Shown: positions 1 through 6,882 of the stretch, piece after piece
Numbering within the stretch: position 1 is the stretch's first letter
Layout: each line of letters begins with the position of its first letter
Made by a program: the position numbers and the translations under genes
The notes under the pieces: generated by a model
Told to the model about the DNA's origin: nothing
Database searches by the model: none
What the model saw: only the letters and a program-made list of their open reading frames with translations
Assembly: GCA_018985225.1 (NCBI GenBank)
Contig: JADGIF010000539.1
Location: 1-6,882, forward strand
Source of the DNA: Amoeboradix gromovi X-113
Lineage: Eukaryota > Fungi > Sanchytriomycota
Reading direction: 5' to 3'
Length of the DNA stretch: 6,882 nucleotides

Positions 1-68
1 TCCTGCGTAGAATCCATATTTGCTGTCACGAAATAGCTCTCTTGTGTGTTAAATGGGTTCTGATTGGT
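1..68. repeat. Direct repeat copy 1 (runs off the left edge): 5' end and upstream region of a second copy of the transposase gene
   Basis: 1-68 is identical to 2811-2878 (tcctgcgtag...ctgattggt). It includes a minus-strand ATG at 17-15 (MDSTQ...) and a CCAAT box at 63-67. Confidence 0.95.
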
Positions 69-166
69 CATTAGATGTATAATTTGACAAAATGTAGCTA
101 TTTACTGTGATTGGATAAAAAATTAATTAAATGGAGTAAATCAAATCAAGTAGTTTTTAAAACAAA
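61..166. promoter_or_regulatory. Putative compact divergent promoter with two CCAAT boxes
   Basis: ATTGG at 63-67 and 110-114 lies between a leftward ATG (17) and a rightward aacaaaATG (167). ATTGG also occurs upstream of other genes (2873-2877, 3419-3423, 5099-5103). Function is inferred. Confidence 0.4.
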
Positions 167-956
167 ATGTCAGATCGTCATATTATTTCTCAATACCTTG
201 ACATAGTAAAAGAATCAAAGAGATCTTAATGATGAATATGTAGGTGAGCTTGAAGAATACATTAATAATATAAGTGGAGGAAATATGATAAATATTGTTG
301 CTAAAGGAGCTCGACCTTATTATCTAAGAAGTGAAGAACAGGAAACAACACAACATGAATTTGCTTTAAAAAAAGTTTATAATGAAGCTAGAAGTAAAGC
401 AAAAGTCATAGACGTAATGGATACAACTGAAAAGCTATTTATTCGATCACAAACAAACAGTCTGAGAATACTGAAGCTAGAAACAGAGTCGATGAAAAGA
501 GATGAAGAGATAAAACTTCTTAAAAAGAGACACATTTATGCAGATTTGATGATCTTGACCAAAAGAATTGCTCTTGGATCTGTTGACCATTCGTTGATTG
601 TAACAAAAAGTGAAAGGAAAGAGGAAATAACAGAATCAAATCGTGAGCTTGGTAAATTACATCAATACTTAAAAGAAAAACAAAATTTTACACTCTCAGA
701 TGAAAGATTACGCGAGCTTTTACAAATGAAAGAGATGAGAAATGACGAGGCTCATATAAATTGTGAAAGCATTGAAAAGATAGAAGAATACTGTAGATCA
801 AATGATATTCCTTTATCTAATCATGAAAAACAAGAGATGAAAACACTTATTTCATACAATGAAAAAATTACAATAGATGAGTGGACATTTTACACTCGTC
901 CTTCTAAAAAGCAGATTAATCACATAAACAAATACTTTGAAAACAACCCATTGTAG
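167..956 (+). CDS. Coiled-coil protein with a C-terminal HEPN-like RNxxAH motif; open 285-956, probable true start at 167 behind a frameshift
   Basis: 223-aa ORF with charged helical segments and LLQMKEMRNDEAH (RNDEAH at 738-755). The frame stays open upstream to about 210. Removing one A from the run at 208-211 joins it to ATG 167 (MSDRHIISQYLDIVKNQRDLNDEY...). AATAAA at 961-966 follows the stop. Confidence 0.65.
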
Positions 957-980
957 CATCAATAAATCCAAAACAATTTA

Positions 981-1144
981 CTATATATTTCTTCGTTTAT
1001 TACCAAACTAATTACGAGCACGTTGAACATCCCATCCAAGATCAAACGCTAAGTTTTCTATGACTTGCTTATTTGGATTGGGGTTCTCACTAAATACGTT
1101 TTTCAGCTTTTGGACTTCCTCAGCATTAGGTATTCTACGTTTTT
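981..1144 (-). other. Homeodomain-coding segment (C-terminus of the transposase)
   Basis: Reads (KK)RRIPNAEEVQKLKNVFSENPNPNKQVIENLAFDLGWDVQRARN*FGNKRRNI*. This gives R5, L16, F20, N23, P26, L34, A35, L38, F49, N51 and R53 at exact homeodomain spacing, with TAG at the W48 position. Confidence 0.88.
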
Positions 1145-2827
1145 AGGCTCAGTATCAATAACAAGCTCTTCTTCAGATTTAATTTGGGTGACTATAGTAT
1201 TGTTAGTTGGTCTAGGATATAGTACGTCTTTATAAGCATCAGGAATGAATGGACGTACTTTTGTGTAAAGACCTTCCTGTTTAATCATTTTGATTCCAGG
1301 AATAGGTAATTGTTCAGGATTAAATGCATAAGATGACAATGGTATCTTTAATAAATCAATCAACACGAAATCATCATCTACGGATTTACGCACTTTCACT
1401 TTACCTTTCCAATCTTTGTTAAACCAGAAGCACTGGTATTTAGAAATACCTTTAACATCATTGAACATATCGTCTAAAGGAGTTCGATAATCCTTGAATT
1501 TTGTACTTGGAAAGATAAAAGATTGATTAGAACTGGATGACTCGTTAATCGATGTATGAATATGATCCATTGTAAAACAGTCTCTTGTTTGAAATGTTTT
1601 CTTAATTACACCAAAATGACCATCAAGGCCAAATTTTGTATGTCCTCGTACCATAAACGTCAACTGAATATCATCTGAATGTCCTTGCATGACAAACCAA
1701 CATAGCGTCTTGATCATGCAATTGTTTTTGTTTTGACCTGTACAATTATCACAATGAAAGATAATCTGTTTTCGTTTTTCAGGTCTTAGTTTATAATAAT
1801 AATGGACTATCATTGACACAACATTATTGCTCCCTTTCTTACCTTGGCTTTCATCATAAATGTAATTCATTTTTATATTCTTCTTTTCATCGAGTAGACC
1901 AAAAATACAAACATTCAAAAGTGACATAAAATAAAATGAAGCAGGCTGGTTCGGTAAATGAGGTAACCATAGATTCTGTGCATAATCAAAGGAGAGATGT
2001 GTCACATCTTCCTGTCTTGAGTCAATATGATATTCTTCTCTAGCGTACCTTGCTTCCTTCAAATGATTTGCAAGGGTTTCATTTAATTCTGTCAACATTT
2101 TTACATCAGTCGGTTAGCAATCTTCATTTTAAGTTGTATACATTCATTACAAACATCAGATTTTGGCGCCTGAATTTTAATAGGTAATGCATCAAAAAGG
2201 CGTTTAAATGTTGAATAACTAATAACGTTTTCGTTTTCTGATTTATAACGCTCGTATATTGCTTGGAATGTATAATGGGATGGAATAATTGTATCTGTAT
2301 CTCGTATTTGACCATTATTTCTCCATTGGCCTGGACGTTGCTCACCTTCTCGATTCGCAAAAGATGTAATCCAATTACTTGTATCATCTTTCAGCATATT
2401 TGACAATGCATGCGGAGGTACTCTATTCGTGTTACCTTGTAATTGGAGCTGTAATCCATTTTGTTTTAATTCATCAACCCATCTTTTTACTGTTTGATGA
2501 CTTATACAAAAAAAGTCTCGTAAATGCATGAACACATACATTTTGAAAAGGATAGGATATATACTGAAGCGCTTCGCGTCAGTTTGGATTACTTTTGTTT
2601 TTTCGTCTACAACAATAAACAACTGTTTTCATACAAATCTGTTTTTGTTCTTTTGACCAAGAAAGGTAATTGTCTCTAAATTCCGTTAACGTGTTTTGCT
2701 TTTCATATAAACATCACTTTTGACAACATTCTAGCAAAGTCGATTCATTGACCCATTCTTCTACGACTTCTGTTTGCTCGTTTTCAAAATCTGAATGGTC
2801 GCTAAGCACGTCCTGCGTAGAATCCAT
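981..2827 (-). pseudogene. Disrupted Sola(1)-like DDD transposase with a C-terminal homeodomain (about 615 aa reconstructed)
   Basis: Catalytic motifs LSFDYAQNL, FHCDNCTGQNKN and FMVRGHTKFGLDGHFG; upstream PKSDVCNEC...HLKEAR metal-binding motif; N-terminal CCQKxC and NVCVHAFTRLFCIS. Lesions: TGA 2716-2714, TGA 2581-2579, +1 base in A7 at 2508-2514, -1 base near 2111-2116, -1 base in T5 at 1140-1144, TAG 1010-1008. Repair gives 1848 nt = 616 codons. The superfamily call is from recalled motifs. Confidence 0.85.
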
Positions 2828-2878
2828 ATTTGCTGTCACGAAATAGCTCTCTTGTGTGTTAAATGGGTTCTGATTGGT
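2811..2878. repeat. Direct repeat copy 2 (transposase start and upstream region)
   Basis: 68/68 identical to 1-68. Similarity is lost a few bases beyond the CCAAT box. Confidence 0.95.
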
Positions 2879-3220
2879 GATTGAACATCCAATCGATCCT
2901 GTTTTGAAAATTAAATTATGTAATGTAAATTTATTCACCGGCATCGCTGTTTCTGTTGCTATATTGATACCTAGGCTCTTTATTGGCAGCGTTTAGAAAC
3001 AAAGAATTTTGTGTTGTAATACAGACCCTAGGAACTTTATACACTTTGTTGCAATCGATATGTTACAAATTAAGTTTATTTTTGAAATAACATCCCTACG
3101 TATAATATATAAAGTATAATCATATTTGCTTGCAACCATCTAATCACTATACCTGGTGATTTAATTTGGAGCATATAAAAAGTCCCAAAAAACAACCAGA
3201 TAAATAAAAGAATAGCATAT

Positions 3221-3429
3221 GGGACAAACACTACAATAATTAGATATAATTCAAATTTTCAAATTTTAATTTTCTCATCTTGCTAAATCAGAATTTTATA
3301 TAGAGTTCCAAAATGATAGTCATTAAGCTCTAGCATCAATATTCATCGAGATGTCGCATGTTAAAGTTTTTTATTGAAATACACTACAATAATCAGACAA
3401 ATTTCAAGTTATAAACTGATTGGACCAAA
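3221..3429 (+). repeat. Transposon end-like repeat, copy A (about 210 bp, starts GGGAC)
   Basis: Aligns in direct orientation to 4689-4894 at roughly 80% by eye. Carries the subterminal motif twice (ctacaataattagat at 3231-3245; ctacaataatcagac at 3384-3398). Confidence 0.85.
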
Positions 3430-3537
3430 TACTTTATTTGTTTTGTATCGTCTTATAATCACATTTTGTGAAAAAGAAAGATAAAAATGATTTCACTGTG
3501 TTTGTTTGAAATATTTTTTTATTTTACTATTGAAACA

Positions 3538-3867
3538 ATGTTTAAATTTCTGATGGATTTTTTAATCCAGATTGGAATAAGAGATGTACCTGTGCCTTTT
3601 GGAGTGCGTAAGCAAATAAGGCAAGTAAAGCTTGTATCTTTAATTACAAGGTATAAATCCAGACCATATTGTGAGGCCATTTATGGAACTACTCGGACTA
3701 GAGAAATAAAAGATACGAGTTTGTGTAGAAAGTATGTCAAAAGGTTGAAGGTGTTAAGATCAAAAGCTGAGAAGTATAATTTTAAAAGTTCCTTTGACAG
3801 GCGGATACTTTTTGAGTTTCTTGAATTTGGGGAGACCAACCTTTCAAAATATGGCAGATTAAGCTAG
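3538..3867 (+). CDS. Small basic hypothetical protein (109 aa from gaaacaATG 3538; ORF open from 3487)
   Basis: Uninterrupted K/R-rich ORF just downstream of repeat copy A. No recognisable domain. The 3487-3537 extension is T-rich and looks like UTR. Confidence 0.5.
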   Translation: MFKFLMDFLIQIGIRDVPVPFGVRKQIRQVKLVSLITRYKSRPYCEAIYGTTRTREIKDTSLCRKYVKRLKVLRSKAEKYNFKSSFDRRILFEFLEFGETNLSKYGRLS

Positions 3868-3884
3868 TAACAAATATTTACTTA

Positions 3885-4514
3885 TTAATTTACCGGCTCA
3901 ATTCTTATTGGTGTAATACCACATGCTATTAATTTGTTATCAGTGTCTCTCTTCAGTGCATCACCCAATGGTTTAAATACTAAATCAAATGTTTGCACTT
4001 TATATTTCAATTTAGTGTAGAATAAATCAGGTATAATTAGTTCTGCAAAGTTTTCCTGCGCTAATTCTTCTGTCAAGTCTTCAGATTCATTAGATTCACT
4101 TAGCTCACTTTCTTGGAAGCTTTCGACGATCCATCTACAACAATCTATATAAGAAGAAGCGGTTATTCTTGCACGGTTTAAGTCTTCAAACTCCCTATAT
4201 TCTTGTTCAGCCCTTGAATTTCTTAAATTAACGAAGCGAACCACTGGTTCATTTACGCTAAAATACCATGAATATAATTTGACCATCGATAAAGCATATT
4301 CACTTTGTGTATCAGAGCAAAGTACATCCTTTAACAATCCAGAGAGCAATGTCACGGAATCTAACTCAGATTTGTTTCTTTCTATTAATATTGCTATTTG
4401 TAATGCATTCGCTCTGTTTTTAATATGAATAATGTAAAGAAGAACTGCTGCAGTGATTGCACCAACAACAGCTTAACTCCAATTTACACCCGTAAAAATA
4501 TCTTTATCCTCCAT
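3885..4514 (-). pseudogene. Hypothetical protein with an N-terminal transmembrane helix (209 codons) and one premature TAA
   Basis: The 156-aa ORF extends in frame to ATG 4514: MEDKDIFTGVNWS*AVVGAITAAVLLYIIHIKNRANALQIAILIERNKSELDSVTLLSG..., with a single TAA at 4475-4473. Confidence 0.7.
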
Positions 4515-4688
4515 GTTTAGTAAATTGAAACCCCAAAACAATCACCATACTAATCCCACCAAAATTTGTTTTCTTTTCTGTAAAAACGAAACCACATACA
4601 ATTCTCACAAGTCATGGTAATTTTATTATAATCGAATCGCATCCTGGACATGTCATTTCAGGATGAGTAGTCCATTTGGCTGATAAAT

Positions 4689-4894
4689 GGGACACGCTAC
4701 AATAACCAGATAGAATTCAAATTTCCAAATTTTAATTTTTTGATTTTTCCAAATCAGTATTTTGCATAGAGTTCAAAAATGATAGTCACTAAGCTGTAGC
4801 ATCAATATTTGTCGAGATATAACTCTTTAAAGTTTTTAATGAAATACACTATAAAAACTAGACAAAATTTCAAATTACACTCGATTTGTCCAAA
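4689..4894 (+). repeat. Transposon end-like repeat, copy B (starts GGGAC)
   Basis: Direct-orientation homologue of 3221-3429. Motif copies are ctacaataaccagat and ctataaaaactagac (4849-4863). Confidence 0.85.
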
Positions 4895-5079
4895 AAGAGA
4901 TCATTGAAAAAATTATCTCAAATTCAACACTTCCTCAAATAATTCTACCAAAACATCTTCAACTTCTTGAGTGTTTGTTGACTGCATGTGGTGAATATGA
5001 GACGCACTCTATGATTTCTAGACTAGGGTGAAAATAAAGTTATTGAAAAAACCGCTTTCAAGCCAATATTGGGTTTACA

Positions 5080-5141
5080 CTGTAAAAACGAGACTAGGAT
5101 TGGTTTCACTCAAAATACTCTGTAAAACCGAGACTAGGATT
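5080..5141 (+). repeat. Two 22-bp subterminal direct repeats with a 40-bp period
   Basis: ctgtaaaaacgagactaggatt (5080-5101) and ctgtaaaaccgagactaggatt (5120-5141) match at 21/22 and resemble the TIR core ctrtgatttctagactagg. Confidence 0.85.
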
Positions 5142-5173
5142 TTCAAAAAGTATCTTTTTTCTCAAACATTGTA

Positions 5174-6278
5174 ATGTCCAAAGTACGTCCATTTCTAACC
5201 AAATTTGAACTTTTTGACGACATAAACAGCATCAAATTAACTAAACCGGATAGAGTTTACTTGCAGAACCACTGGTCAGATTTAGATGAATTTATCAGAA
5301 AAATGACCATAAAATTAAAAGACACAAATACCTATATTGCCAAAACAGAAAGACATATAATGTCAGGTGTCATTTATTTATCCGTTATATGTGGTATTAA
5401 TGACTATTCTAAGATCAAACACGTCATAGAAATATTGGCTAAATCTTGCAGAAAAGAGAAGTTAAATAGATCAAGCAGAGACGAAATTTGCCATATATTA
5501 GAGCATTACTTAGAAAATGCTTTATCTAATAGAATGAACAATCTCCATTTACAAGTAAACGTGGACGAATTTGATAAATTTATCAAAGGATCTGGTGGAA
5601 TAGACAATAAACTATACGATGAATTGAGAAAGGTTGGCATATGGCGTGCTTCTGTTGACTTACATGCGAAGAAACTGAATTTATATGGTAGCTTATCAGA
5701 AACAGAATTTAAAAAGAAGTGTATCGATCTTATTCCTGAAAAATACGTATCTTATTCTTGCAAGAGAATGCCTAAAAATATAAAAGACGAAATAGAACAT
5801 GCATTGGATTCAGAAGTTATTCGATCTTCTAACTCTGATTGCAAGCATGCTATTTATGATGAGATTTCAGACATCGCTATGATACCAATCCCAAAAAGTG
5901 TGAACCATTCTAATGTTTTTCGAATTTGTCAATTTGATGTGCCTCGTCCAGTTTCCAATAATAAAGCTGTCGTGTTAAAATCGGGTAAATCAAGTGGGAT
6001 TACTGAAGGATACTGTGAAAGTGATAGTACTGTAGATTTTAGTGGATATAAAGATCTAACGAGTGTCCGAGGATAGTGGAAGTTTGTATGTTTTTAAAAG
6101 CGTTGATGGTTATTATCCTCTTGCACTACATCGTACATCTGATGACGAGATGAATAGTTATGGATGTGACTTTATCAGTTCTTTTAAGCGTCTTTTACAA
6201 AAGGCAAAACGAGAAATTGACCATTTCTATCCCTGCTTGCACCCAAAATGCAATTATTCTCATATAAAATCACCGTAA
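5174..6278 (+). pseudogene. Trypsin/chymotrypsin-fold serine-protease-like gene with an unknown N-terminal region, frameshifted at GDSGS (about 368 aa reconstructed)
   Basis: SDIAMI (Asp motif, 5870), VLKSGKSSGITEG (KxGxx[T/S]GxTxG motif, 5978-6010). The first ORF ends ...SVRG and the next frame continues DSGSLYVF...PLALH; restoring 2 nt at about 6073 gives RGDSGS. No clear catalytic-His motif at normal spacing. Confidence 0.7.
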
Positions 6279-6386
6279 GTAAATCTATTTTAATAATTAA
6301 AAATAACAGAAATCCTCGTGTTCGGTTATTAGTAAGACTATTTTAAATTCGCTCATTAATGATAACAAATATATGAAGGATGTAAT

Positions 6387-6573
6387 TCAATCTGCTATCT
6401 TTCGTTAATGAAAGATGGAAAACTACCTTTTTAGTATTTGCAATTGAACCAAAAAGAATCAAATTTTATTTACAGAGAAGATCATGGTAAGAAAGGTGGT
6501 GAACAATGTAGTGAGTCATTTAATAGATTACATTTTCCTATTGCCATCTGATCAAAGACGCCATTTGATTTTG
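6387..6573 (+). pseudogene. Fragment of a paralogous Sola-like transposase
   Basis: 6456-6573, with one frameshift near 6500, reads ESNFIYREDHGKKGG/NNVVSHLIDYIFLLPSDQRRHLIL. The window's transposase reads KMNYIYDESQGKKGSNNVVSMIVHYYYKLRPEKRKQIIF (17/39 identical, ungapped). Weaker upstream pieces are SICYLSLMK and YLFSICN. Confidence 0.8.
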
Positions 6574-6707
6574 ACTTCAAATCGATGTTTATCAATAACT
6601 TTATTTTCACCCTAGTCTAGAAATCACAGAGTGCGTCCCATTAGGTTGTCTATTTTTTAGAGGGTGTTGTCATTTCTAACATGCTTATTAATTAGGATAA
6701 AGACAAT

Positions 6708-6882
6708 GGGACACCAAATATAAAAACTAGACTAACTCGTTTTTAAAGGTGCTCCATACAGATGAAATGCTATCATTAATAAAAGATCTTCTATTATACC
6801 AATTTTCTTTCATTGATTGTATTCCTCTTTTTAAAATAAAACTAGATGACCCACTATCTCGTTGAAATATATGAGGTCTTTG
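6708..6882 (+). mobile_element. Probable left end of a further related element running off the window
   Basis: caat|gggacaccaaatataaaaactagact has the same GGGAC terminus and motif (tataaaaactagac is identical to the copy at 4850-4863). A second motif-like copy lies near 6835-6847. Confidence 0.55.

Larger units (their letters stand above)
4999..6639. mobile_element. Non-autonomous TIR DNA transposon (1641 bp) with a protease cargo gene and a transposase remnant
   Basis: TIRs at 4999-5046 and 6592-6639 match at 46/48 (g[a/g]gacgcactct[a/g]tgatttctagactagggtgaaaataaagttattga), with about 25 bp of further degenerate match inward. AT flanks both sides. The 4-bp flanks (ATAT, ATTA) are not identical. 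Confidence 0.85.

Noticed and set aside
2124-2387. 87-aa minus-strand ORF
   Set aside because: It is an alternative frame wholly inside the transposase, with no independent support.
2515-2622. N-terminus of the 173-aa ORF (MFIVVDEK...)
   Set aside because: It is off-frame. The motif-bearing frame (NVCVHAFTRLF) continues from the 76-aa ORF and joins at the A7 run.
2828-2944. First 39 codons of the 76-aa ORF
   Set aside because: They cross the CCAAT region and the duplication breakpoint. ATG 2827, shared by both copies, is the more likely start.
2880-3120. Possible hydrophobic gene remnant
   Set aside because: Several frames give short, stop-interrupted peptides with no recognisable motif, so none can be favoured.
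981-4514. Alternative genetic code or programmed recoding as the cause of in-frame stops
   Set aside because: All three stop types occur internally, alongside frameshifts in both directions. Decay or sequencing error is simpler.
5080-5141. Mini CRISPR array
   Set aside because: There are only two units with an 18-bp spacer and no cas genes, and the units match the TIR motif.
6063-6278. Separate 71-aa gene
   Set aside because: It is the frameshifted C-terminus of the protease-like gene.
4995-6643. 4-bp target-site duplication for the TIR element
   Set aside because: ATAT and ATTA do not match. Only the palindromic AT is shared, and it could be part of the terminus.

Overview
AT-rich, intronless, apparently eukaryotic (protist- or fungal-like; inferred) region packed with decaying DNA-transposon material. 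The three minus-strand ORFs between 981 and 2827 are one broken DDD transposase of about 615 aa, most like the Sola (Sola1-type) superfamily. Once a homopolymer frameshift is repaired, it ends in a canonical homeodomain that the ORF track misses. A second copy of this gene's 5' end sits at the left window edge (68 bp identical). To the right is a series of related transposon ends starting (AT)GGGAC or (AT)GAGAC that share a repeated subterminal motif. One pair forms a complete 1.64 kb TIR element (4999-6639) carrying a frameshifted trypsin-like protease gene and a hidden fragment of a paralogous transposase. Other passenger-like genes include a coiled-coil protein with an RNxxAH (HEPN-like) motif, a small basic protein and a membrane-anchored protein. 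The overall picture, by inference, is a cluster of cargo-carrying Sola-like transposons with effector-like passengers, mostly pseudogenised in this copy. All assignments come from manual reading; no database searches were run.
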